Shown piece after piece: positions 1 through 10,946 of a stretch of DNA of 64,000 nucleotides (positions within the stretch are counted from its first letter, which is position 1; each line of letters starts with the position of its first letter). Source of the DNA: a phage; NCBI GenBank assembly GCA_024790105.1, contig GCA_024790105.1_3053.1; one strand, written 5' to 3'. The notes below the pieces were generated by a model, which saw nothing but the letters and a program-made list of their open reading frames with translations, was not told where the DNA came from and made no database searches. A program made the translations under genes and the position numbers.

Positions 1-175
1 TCAAGCCAATCAATAACATCCAAAGCGTTATCAAAAGTTGAACCATCTACTCTGTCTTCTGTTTCATAATCAAGAACATCTAAGCCTACTCTTCCATCAA
101 CAATAGGCCATAAACAAAATAGATATTTCTTTTCTTTTTTCAATTTTATCACAAAGATGATAAATCTTTTCTAGG

Positions 176-1577
<1,402 letters not shown>

Positions 1578-1580
1578 TTA

Positions 1581-1805
1581 TTATTTCTCAACCAACGATT
1601 GAATATAATCATGTAGGTCTTTAGATGCTTTACCCCACTTATTTTGATATTCATTTTTGAGATTAGCGCGTGATTGAGCTAATAAAACATCATTAGTTGG
1701 AGGTAAAGATTCTAATCGCTGAATCTGGCGTCCATAAATCATTGCAGCCATCTCGGATTCATAAATTAATCCTTTTAGATGTTCAAATTGATACCATGAA
1801 ATCAT
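1581..1805 (-). CDS. hypothetical protein
   Basis: 74-aa ORF tightly packed between neighbours. Confidence 0.35.
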   Translation of the reverse strand: MISWYQFEHLKGLIYESEMAAMIYGRQIQRLESLPPTNDVLLAQSRANLKNEYQNKWGKASKDLHDYIQSLVEK

Positions 1806-2101
1806 TTACATTTATCCTCTTTTAGCTCTTGACGATAATAACATATCATAGTTTTCTGGTCATGTACATATCGTTTTACATCATTAAGCCAAATACGAAA
1901 TTCCTGAGAATCTTCAAATGGCATACCTACCCAAGCTTTACCATCAATAACTTTAACTTGCCAAGATAGTTTAGCTTCGTCATATAACTTTATTTGCACA
2001 GGCCAATTAGGATGAACTGTTTCTTTCTTTACTTCTAGAGGCTTTGTCGAACAACCAACTAGAAGACCAATAGATAATATTACTGCAGATAATTTAATCA
2101 T
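1802..2101 (-). CDS. putative o-spanin (outer membrane lipoprotein)
   Basis: 99 aa; signal sequence with lipobox LLVGC; immediately downstream of and overlapping the i-spanin-like ORF; matches T4 pseT.2/pseT.3 spanin arrangement. Confidence 0.6.
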   Translation of the reverse strand: MIKLSAVILSIGLLVGCSTKPLEVKKETVHPNWPVQIKLYDEAKLSWQVKVIDGKAWVGMPFEDSQEFRIWLNDVKRYVHDQKTMICYYRQELKEDKCK

Positions 2102-2451
2102 TTAGAAAGGTCCTGGATGTCTTCTGCGAACTTGTTGAAGGAGTTGTTGATTTGTTTTTCAACCAATCCTGGCTTACGAGCCACCACATCCGCCTTCTTT
2201 GCATCTTTGCGCAGTTTTTCATTTTCACGCTCAATAGCAGCAATCGCCTCACGATTTTTATTATTCATCGCATCAATATAATTATACTGAATTCGCAAAT
2301 TATTTAATGCTAAGGCGTTTTCATTGGCCGTTTTTGTAATTTCTACAACAGACGTTTCTAATCTTTCTACCTTATTTTTTAAAATAATAGATGTTCCGCC
2401 AAATGCTATTACAAGTAATAGCAATCCAGCTGTAAAATTACTTACATGCAT
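2098..2451 (-). CDS. putative i-spanin (N-terminal TM, coiled-coil periplasmic domain)
   Basis: 117 aa; hydrophobic N-terminus LLLLVIAFGG followed by charged helical region; paired with lipoprotein ORF. Confidence 0.6.
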   Translation of the reverse strand: MHVSNFTAGLLLLVIAFGGTSIILKNKVERLETSVVEITKTANENALALNNLRIQYNYIDAMNNKNREAIAAIERENEKLRKDAKKADVVARKPGLVEKQINNSFNKFAEDIQDLSK

Positions 2452-2948
2452 AAAGTTTTAATAACCTCTATAATATCGTCTTGAGCAAGCCCGTTAATTA
2501 AAATATGATGTTCAGCCGGAGATTTAGAAATTTTAAAGCACGCCGCGACATCTTCTGCCATATCCGATGCGCTACGATTTGGATTACTAATTCCAAGACG
2601 ATGCTTTCCTGTCAAAGGATTAACGATGATATAGCATTTGCAGCTATTGATATGAACATTAGGTTGAGTCTGATTAATAAACACTTCACAATCATACTTA
2701 GCGAGTTGATTTTCTAAAAAGACTTTCATCTCCTCAACCGCATCAGGAAGCATATCACGGGATTGCTCAAGACGACGATTTCGATATTCTTTAATGGTCG
2801 TTTTCCGCTTGACTTGCTTAGCTAAATCTTTCTTAAGATCGGTGATATATCCAACTCGACGATTTCCTTTGAATACAGAAATCCCATCTGTAGTATCACC
2901 GTATGCTTCAACGACCATTTCAGTAGTAATAAGCTGCAAATCCATCAT
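2442..2948 (-). CDS. alc: probable Alc (inhibitor of host transcription on cytosine DNA)
   Basis: 168 aa, located between the pseT cluster and rnlA as in T4; length matches remembered Alc (~167 aa); identity by position and length only. Confidence 0.5.
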   Translation of the reverse strand: MMDLQLITTEMVVEAYGDTTDGISVFKGNRRVGYITDLKKDLAKQVKRKTTIKEYRNRRLEQSRDMLPDAVEEMKVFLENQLAKYDCEVFINQTQPNVHINSCKCYIIVNPLTGKHRLGISNPNRSASDMAEDVAACFKISKSPAEHHILINGLAQDDIIEVIKTLCM

Positions 2949-2976
2949 AAAGTCCTCATGTTATGTCAGTAAGATT

Positions 2977-3005
2977 ACTATAACACAACACGAGGGACTT
3001 GTAAA
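2977..3005 (-). promoter_or_regulatory. early sigma70-type promoter (-35 TTTACA, 17-nt spacer, -10 TATAGT on minus strand)
   Basis: minus-strand GTTTACA at 3000-3006 and TATAGT at 2977-2982, directly upstream of the 2948 ORF start. Confidence 0.55.
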
Positions 3006-3009
3006 CAGC

Positions 3010-4597
<1,588 letters not shown>

Positions 4598-4624
4598 AAT
4601 AAAATGGGCCTTGCGGCCCACTCC

Positions 4625-5127
4625 TTAAAAGTATTTTTTAAAACTCATCATAACTTTATCATCAACATCATTATCAATCTGTGCAACAAGGTAAGATGAC
4701 AGTTCTACTTCTTGTGGCGCGGATTGAACATTATCAGAATTAAGGTATTCACGAATCCAAGGATATGGATGTTTAACCGGAGCATCGGTAATCGGGCATG
4801 GAAGACCGCACTGTTTCATACGAGACACAGTCAAGTAATCAATAAAGCTCCACATGCTATTTGTATTTAATCCAGGAACATCACCATCTTTAAATAAATG
4901 AACTGCCCAATCTTTTTCTTGGCGGTTAACTTCCATGAAAATATCAACTGCTTCTTGTTCACACTCTTGAGCAATTTTAACCCATTCATCACTATCAGTA
5001 CCAGATTGAAGTTGACGAATAATATATTGGGTGCCTTTAAGGTGAAGCTGCTCATCACGTGCAATGAACTTCATAATCTTGGCATTACCTTCCATGATTT
5101 CCATGTTCTTATGGAAGTTAAAGGTAC
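4625..5127 (-). CDS. nrdB: ribonucleotide reductase small subunit, exon 2
   Basis: C-terminal R2 sequence (MEGNAKIMKFIARDEQLH...) in frame from the inferred 3' splice site after an intron-terminal G at 5128. Confidence 0.8.
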
Positions 5128-5694
5128 CGTTATGTTCGATTGAGCTCGCTAATTCTCAACCCGTTCTCTTATGAACTGCTACATATTACTATGCAGACCA
5201 GACTATATCACAATCCCAGAGGGATTCTCCCCATTTCGAGTCGCTTGACCCTACGTCCGAAGACTAGTCGTTGAACCTTGCTTTGCAATTGTCGCCGTGC
5301 CATCGTTTATATGTTGATGGTGATAAATCTTTCTTATCACAATATGGACAATTCAATTGAATTCTATTTGGATTTAATTTACATCTGTCATTATGTTTTA
5401 GATAAAATCCAGAACCTTTACCAATGTGACCGCAGAAATCGCATGTGATTTCTTTTTGTGCAGGATGGGTCCCGTTCTTAACCATTTCTAATGTTTTTGC
5501 TGATGTCTTTTCTTATGGTCTTCCATCAGAATCTTTAGGTATAGTTCAATTGTGCATCCTCTTAAAAGTATAATCATATTTATGTTATACTAATTAAAAG
5601 TGCAAGCAAAACCTTGGCTGCTAGTTTTCCTATAAAGGACTTTCCAGCAATTAAAGGAGTTTTCGATAAACGTTACCGTTTAAAGGCGCATTTT
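5128..5694 (-). mobile_element. group I self-splicing intron in nrdB (boundaries approximate)
   Basis: interrupts conserved R2 sequence between FYVSFA and FNFHKNMEIMEG; exon 1 ends in U; intron ends ...GAACAUAACG, closely similar to the td intron 3' end ...GAACAUAAUG; carries a degenerate ORF. Confidence 0.75.
5264..5485 (-). CDS. intron-encoded ORF, probable truncated homing endonuclease remnant (I-TevIII-like zinc-finger region)
   Basis: 73-aa ORF inside the nrdB intron with CxxC...C and CxxC cysteine clusters; no HNH catalytic motif present. Confidence 0.45.
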   Translation of the reverse strand: MVKNGTHPAQKEITCDFCGHIGKGSGFYLKHNDRCKLNPNRIQLNCPYCDKKDLSPSTYKRWHGDNCKARFND

Positions 5695-6370
5695 ACGCAA
5701 AAGATACATAAAAACGAATAGCTTCTAAGGCATTAATAACGTGTAAACAGAGGTAAAGAGACTTCATTAAAGCACGTTTAGCTTCGGCTTCTTGTTTAAT
5801 AGCTCGGTTTAAACGAAAGTCGGCATCAGGAGATTCTTTAGCTAGTTCTACAAATTCTTTAGCATTTTCCCAATAACGAGTTTTAATCAGAACATCATCA
5901 TAATAGCGACCGATAGATTCAGCACGTTTCATGATAGCTTCGTCTAATACAATCTCGTCAAATACCTTAGCAGGGTCATTGAACAAGTTACGCATGATAT
6001 GAGTATATGAACGACTATGAATAGTTTCACTAAAAGTCCATGTAGCAACCCATGTATCAAGGCTTGGGTCTGAAAGCAATGGCATAAGTATCGCAGATGG
6101 TGCACGCCCCTGGATGGAGTCTAACAATGACTGGTATTTTAAGTTATTGATAAATATAGATTTTTGATGTTCTGGGAGCTTGTTAAATTGTGCAGCATCC
6201 ATCATCAAGTTTACTTCTTCAGGACGCCAGAAAAATGATAAAGATTTCTCAATAAGTTCTTCAAATACTCGATGCCGTTGAATATCATAACGCGCAATAC
6301 CAAGACCTGAACCAAAAAACATGGGTTCTTTTAAAACATCAACTGGATTTGTATTAAAAACTGTGCTCAT
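5695..6370 (-). CDS. nrdB: ribonucleotide reductase small subunit, exon 1
   Basis: N-terminal R2 sequence ending ...EAIRFYVSFA; ORF stop lies inside intron sequence. Confidence 0.8.
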
Positions 6371-6421
6371 AAATTTTCCGCTTAGTTAATAGTTGGTGAC
6401 TCGTCCGTGAGTCAAATTATA

Positions 6422-7411
6422 TCATAATTTACAGGATGAACAATCTTCAGCTTTTGGAGTTTCTATTTCGTAATCATCAGTGCCAGAACCATCACGGGTA
6501 TTATGATAATAGAAATTTTTAATGCCATAATACCATCCGTATAGCATGTCATCAATCATTATTGACATTGGAACCTTTCCTTTTGGAAAAATCTGCGGGT
6601 CATAGTATGTATTCGCTGAAGCTGATTGACATACCCATTTCAGCATAATAGCTACTTGCGTAAGATAAGGTTTATTACCTTTCTTAGCTAATTTCCATGT
6701 ATAATCATAGAGGTCTATGTTATGCTCAATATTGGGCACGACTTGATTAAAGGAGCCCTCTTTTGATTCTTTAACAGAGACTGGTCCACGTGGAGGCTCG
6801 ATACCGTTTGTACTGTTAGAAACTTGGGAAGATGACTCACATGGCATAAGTGCTGATAATGTGCTATTACGGATGCCAAATAGCTTAAGGTCTTCCCGCA
6901 GCGCCGACCAGTCACAAACGTATTTTGGAGCTGCGATTTGGTCAATCTTTTTATTGTACCAGTCGATAGGTAATTCGCCTCGAGACCAACGAGTGTCTGA
7001 ATAATATTCGCAAGGTCCTTTTTCTTTGGCGAGCTTAATGGATGCTTTAATGAGTCCATACTGTAATCTCTCAAATAGTTCATGTGTTAAATCGTTAGCA
7101 TCTTCATAAGAAGCAAAGTTACTTGCCAGCCAAGCTGCATAGTTAGTAACACCTACACCAAGGTTACGACGCTTTTTAGCTTTTTCTGCTTCAGGAACTG
7201 GATATCCTTGGTAATCCAAAAGATTATCAAGAGCACGAACTTGAACTTCTGCTAATTCATTAATTTTATCTTGGTCTTGCCAGTCAAAATTGTCTAATAC
7301 GAATGCAGAGAGAGTACAAAGGCCCACTTCACCTTTGTTTTCAATAACTTGTATTGTTGTATACTCATCATCTTCGTAAAATTCATCTACAAATTCATAA
7401 TCAATATTCAT
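6422..7411 (-). CDS. nrdA: ribonucleotide reductase large subunit, C-terminal fragment (NrdA-b)
   Basis: 329 aa with own ATG; from GEVGLCTLSAF onward matches class Ia R1 C-terminal half, ending with the CSSCKL cysteine tail. Confidence 0.85.
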   Translation of the reverse strand: MNIDYEFVDEFYEDDEYTTIQVIENKGEVGLCTLSAFVLDNFDWQDQDKINELAEVQVRALDNLLDYQGYPVPEAEKAKKRRNLGVGVTNYAAWLASNFASYEDANDLTHELFERLQYGLIKASIKLAKEKGPCEYYSDTRWSRGELPIDWYNKKIDQIAAPKYVCDWSALREDLKLFGIRNSTLSALMPCESSSQVSNSTNGIEPPRGPVSVKESKEGSFNQVVPNIEHNIDLYDYTWKLAKKGNKPYLTQVAIMLKWVCQSASANTYYDPQIFPKGKVPMSIMIDDMLYGWYYGIKNFYYHNTRDGSGTDDYEIETPKAEDCSSCKL

Positions 7412-8111
7412 TTAATTCTTCTACCTTTTTTCGAGATATTCCTAGAGCTTTAGATGCTCGATGTATTGATTGATATTCTATACCGTTTATTTTTACAGCA
7501 ATTAAGTTATGGGGTTTTAATCCCTTTGGATGAGGTTTACTGACGTATTCTTGATTATCGTTTTCAGAGATATTATCAAGCTTTCGACACTTAAAGCCTT
7601 TATGTTGAGACCTTTTGCCTTTGCATACGGCCGACATTGCCGAAGCATTGAGTGAATGTAGTTCGCAAAATTCTCTTAGGCCTTTATGGATTTCTTCATG
7701 ACCGTCCGGGAAAGTAAATACCCAAGTTGTTTGAAGTTTTTCTCTATGCTCGTCAGTTGCCGGAATACCTTTGTTCCAAGCTGGTTTGCCTTTATTATTT
7801 TCAGATACAGAAATAGCCAATTTTCTTCTAAGCCACCCATGGCGTTTATTGGTGTTCTTTCGTTCAATATTATCTTCAGAATAAACACACATCATATTAG
7901 CGGCAAATACCAATTTATGATTATCTGGATATATCTTTACTAATAATTGATGAGCTATGTAATGCTCTTCGGGTGTCAAATCTACCAGGTTTTCCTTTGT
8001 ATCAGAACCACCAATACACAGAGGTATAATATGGTGTGATTCGGTATAGCAATCTAATTTTCTGTTCTTAGCTTTAGAAATAAGGTTATTGTAAATTTTA
8101 GAATAATCCAT
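7401..8111 (-). CDS. HNH homing endonuclease, Mob family (mobE-like), inserted within nrdA
   Basis: 236 aa; HNH motif HHIIPLCIGGSDTKENLVDLTPEEHYIAH; N-terminus MDYSKIYNNLI paralogous to mobA N-terminus; AGGA RBS; stop overlaps NrdA-b start. Confidence 0.85.
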   Translation of the reverse strand: MDYSKIYNNLISKAKNRKLDCYTESHHIIPLCIGGSDTKENLVDLTPEEHYIAHQLLVKIYPDNHKLVFAANMMCVYSEDNIERKNTNKRHGWLRRKLAISVSENNKGKPAWNKGIPATDEHREKLQTTWVFTFPDGHEEIHKGLREFCELHSLNASAMSAVCKGKRSQHKGFKCRKLDNISENDNQEYVSKPHPKGLKPHNLIAVKINGIEYQSIHRASKALGISRKKVEELNEY

Positions 8112-8156
8112 AACTTTTCCTCTTGTTATGGATTATTTATTAACGGTCTGTGTACT

Positions 8157-9590
8157 TTATTTGCTTTGAATTATACCGCCAGGATTAGCTTCATAAAACT
8201 TAGCTACATCCGACTTCTTAATTTTGATTAAACGGGTTTGTTGGCTATTCACATCATTTGTTGGAATAGCAATTTCACAGCACAAGTTACTCTGACGAAT
8301 TGGAGCTTTTTCACGAATAAACGGAGTGTAGTTATTCGTATTATCAATGAACTGTACATAAATCCTTGCTGTTCCTGAGCGTTCAGTCATGAGCAATTCA
8401 AATAGTTCACGGGCTTTAATACGCTTTTTGCGAATATTAGGGTCTTTTTCTGCTGCTTCGTATAATTCACGGAAACGGTCTTGGTCTTTAAAATAAGAAT
8501 AATAAAGCTCTCCACCCATTTCATGCGGACTGAACAAAGTAATGTAATCGTTCTTTCCGAATCGTTCCATCATTAGGTCATTCAGCTGGACGCCATAATC
8601 CATATGACGAATGCGGTTTTCTTCTACACCTTTGTTATTTTTCAAAACGAGAAGATTTTCAACTTCCAAATGCCAAATAGGATAATAAGCAGTAGCAGCG
8701 CCGCCACGAATTCCACCCTGTGAGCATGATTTAACAGCAGTCTGAAAATGTTTCCAAAAAGGAATAACACCAGTATGACGTACTTCACCCGTACCAATCT
8801 TAGAACCTTCGGCACGAATCATACCAACGTTAATACCAATTCCAGCGCGTTTAGAGATATATTCAACAATTGAAGCGGAAGCCTTATTGATAGACTTTAA
8901 TGAATCACCTGCCTCAATAACAACACATGAACTAAACTGTCGAGTCGGAGTACGACAACCAGCCATAATAGGAGTTGGTAATGAAATCTGTCGAGTAGAT
9001 ACTGCTTCATAAAAACGGATAACGTGTTTTAATCTATCAACAGGTTCATCTTGATGCAATGCCATTCCGATAGTCATAAATGCAAACTGTGGAGTTTCAT
9101 AAATTTGACCAGTGGTTTTATCTTTAACTAGATATTTTTCTTTTAATTGCATCGCCCCGGAATAAGTAAATTCCATATCCCGCTCGTGCTTAATTTTTGA
9201 TTCTAAAAATGTAATTTCTTCTGCTGAATATTTTGACAATAATTCAGGGTCATATTTACCTTCATTTACACAATAAGAAATATGGTCAATAAATGAACGT
9301 GGTTCATACTGCCCATAAACATGCTTACGAAGAGCAAACATTAAACAGCGTGCAGCTACATATTGATAATCAGGCTCTTCAACTGAAATAGAATTCGCAG
9401 CAGCCTTAATTACAATGGTTTGAATGTCATCAGTGGTCATTCCATCACGGAGATATGATTTAATATTTTCATATAATTCATAAGGATCTACAGATGTTCC
9501 TTCAGCTGCCCAAGATAAAACTTTAATAATTTTTTGCGGGTCAAAGCTTTGAGAAACACCACTACTTTTGATAACATTAATTAATTGCAT
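8157..9590 (-). CDS. nrdA: ribonucleotide reductase large subunit, N-terminal fragment (NrdA-a)
   Basis: 477 aa from MQLINVIKSSG (AGAGGA RBS); ATP-cone and catalytic region through SNLCCEIAIPTNDVNS, then 28 unrelated codons and a stop. Confidence 0.85.
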   Translation of the reverse strand: MQLINVIKSSGVSQSFDPQKIIKVLSWAAEGTSVDPYELYENIKSYLRDGMTTDDIQTIVIKAAANSISVEEPDYQYVAARCLMFALRKHVYGQYEPRSFIDHISYCVNEGKYDPELLSKYSAEEITFLESKIKHERDMEFTYSGAMQLKEKYLVKDKTTGQIYETPQFAFMTIGMALHQDEPVDRLKHVIRFYEAVSTRQISLPTPIMAGCRTPTRQFSSCVVIEAGDSLKSINKASASIVEYISKRAGIGINVGMIRAEGSKIGTGEVRHTGVIPFWKHFQTAVKSCSQGGIRGGAATAYYPIWHLEVENLLVLKNNKGVEENRIRHMDYGVQLNDLMMERFGKNDYITLFSPHEMGGELYYSYFKDQDRFRELYEAAEKDPNIRKKRIKARELFELLMTERSGTARIYVQFIDNTNNYTPFIREKAPIRQSNLCCEIAIPTNDVNSQQTRLIKIKKSDVAKFYEANPGGIIQSK

Positions 9591-9615
9591 AAGTCCTCTG
9601 TAGTAAGTTACCCCA

Positions 9616-9623
9616 TATAAATA
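9616..9623 (+). promoter_or_regulatory. T4-type late promoter TATAAATA
   Basis: exact TATAAATA 22 nt upstream of the GIY-YIG ORF ATG, followed by an AGGAGA RBS. Confidence 0.7.
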
Positions 9624-9645
9624 TAATTTTATATAGGAGAATATA

Positions 9646-10377
9646 ATGAAATCTGGAATATATGCTATTATAAACACTAAAACTAATAAGCACTATATAG
9701 GAAGTGCAATTAATTTTGAAGAACGATGGAAACGACACTTTAAAGATTTAGATAATGGAAATCATCATTCAATAAAGCTGCAGCGTTCTTATAATAAGCA
9801 TGGTAAAGATGCTTTCGTATGTAAAATCATAGAAGAACTTCCATACGAAAAATCTATCATTATTGAACGTGAAAATTATTGGATGCATGAATATGACTCA
9901 AAGGAAAATGGGTATAATATAGCAGACGCATCGTTTGGGGATACCTTATCTCATCACCCAAGAAAGCAAGAAATCCTTAATAAAATTTCAAATGCAATTA
10001 AAAATAATAATTCAAAATTATCACCAGAAGAACTTAAGCAAAAACATGGTAGACCTAGAGACATCAAAGGTAAAACTATAGAAGAACACTATGGGTTAGA
10101 TCGTGCTATAGAAATAAGCAAAAAGTTCCAAGAAAGAAACGCTGCACTTAATATGAAAGGCATCAATAATCCATATTACGGTCAGACGCATACCAATGAA
10201 GTTAGAAAACGAATTTCTGACTCACAGAGAGGTAAAAAGAAACCCCATCTAAGAGTAAGTATAGATGGGGTAGAATATCCAACAATAGCAGAAGCTGTGC
10301 GTCAAACCGGAATAAGCAGAAAACTTATATCTAAAAGATGTGCTCTAGATTGCTGGGAATCATATTTATACTGCTAA
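9646..10377 (+). CDS. free-standing GIY-YIG homing endonuclease, I-TevI paralog
   Basis: 243 aa; N-terminal ~100 aa about 70% identical to the I-TevI catalytic domain encoded at 11094-11831 (MKSGIY...YIGSA...RWKRHFKDL...NGYNIADA); different C-terminal DNA-binding region. Confidence 0.85.
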   Translation: MKSGIYAIINTKTNKHYIGSAINFEERWKRHFKDLDNGNHHSIKLQRSYNKHGKDAFVCKIIEELPYEKSIIIERENYWMHEYDSKENGYNIADASFGDTLSHHPRKQEILNKISNAIKNNNSKLSPEELKQKHGRPRDIKGKTIEEHYGLDRAIEISKKFQERNAALNMKGINNPYYGQTHTNEVRKRISDSQRGKKKPHLRVSIDGVEYPTIAEAVRQTGISRKLISKRCALDCWESYLYC

Positions 10378-10623
10378 AGTTCTACATTCGTCATATTGTT
10401 CTTCCGTTAAAACAGTAATATCGTAGTAACAGTCAGAAGAAGTTTTAACTGTGGAAATTTTATTATCAAAATACTCACGAGTCATTTTATGAGTATAATA
10501 TTTTTTGCCATAAATGGTAATAGGCTGTTCTGGTCCTGGAACTTCTAACTCACTTGGATTAGGAAGTGTAAAAAGAACTACACCAGAAGTATCTTTAAAT
10601 CGTAAAATCATATATCCTCGCAA
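10366..10623 (-). CDS. hypothetical protein
   Basis: 85-aa ORF between td and the GIY-YIG gene; 3' end converges on the GIY-YIG ORF. Confidence 0.4.
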   Translation of the reverse strand: MRGYMILRFKDTSGVVLFTLPNPSELEVPGPEQPITIYGKKYYTHKMTREYFDNKISTVKTSSDCYYDITVLTEEQYDECRTLAV

Positions 10624-10634
10624 TTAAATTAAAA

Positions 10635-10946
10635 TTATACCGCCATTTTCCCTTTCAAGACACCGTGGGACTGATAATCTTTGAGAACGAAATCTTTAGG
10701 CCTGAGTTTAAGAACATATTCCAATTGTTCTTTAGTAGAAAGATAGCGGAATTTATAAGGCAATCCGCCTATTACCAGTTCACAAAGCTCTTTAGGTTCA
10801 CGACGCAAAATTTCTTTACATTGTTCTACGTGATTCATATAGATATGAGTATTACCGCCAGAAAATATCAAATCTCCAGGAATAAGATTACACATCTTAG
10901 CTACAATATGAACTAACGCAGCATATGATGCAATATTAAATGGAAG
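10635..10946 (-). CDS. td: thymidylate synthase, exon 2
   Basis: LPFNIASYAALVH... C-terminal TS sequence; exon 1 (183 codons) + exon 2 (103 codons) = 286 aa. Confidence 0.9.
   Translation of the reverse strand, partial: LPFNIASYAALVHIVAKMCNLIPGDLIFSGGNTHIYMNHVEQCKEILRREPKELCELVIGGLPYKFRYLSTKEQLEYVLKLRPKDFVLKDYQSHGVLKGKMAV

Noticed and set aside
1-175. Possible 3' end of a further minus-strand gene running off the window start
   Set aside because: An open frame exists but has no ATG start in the window and no recognisable homology; too little sequence to call.
6715-7083. 122-aa minus-strand ORF in an alternative frame inside the nrdA C-terminal fragment
   Set aside because: Overlaps conserved R1 coding sequence in another frame; no homology or start signals.
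7401-8156. Possibility that the HNH gene inside nrdA is a group I intron or intein
   Set aside because: Only 45 nt separate the upstream stop from the HNH start and the HNH stop overlaps the downstream ATG, leaving no room for a ribozyme core. The HNH ORF is not in frame with nrdA and the flanking ORFs carry non-homologous tails, so an intein is also excluded.
9591-9677. N-terminal extension of NrdA-a ([13 protein letters not shown]...)
   Set aside because: R1 homology begins at MQLINV (9590), which has an AGAGGA RBS; the extension would overlap the divergent late promoter and GIY-YIG start.
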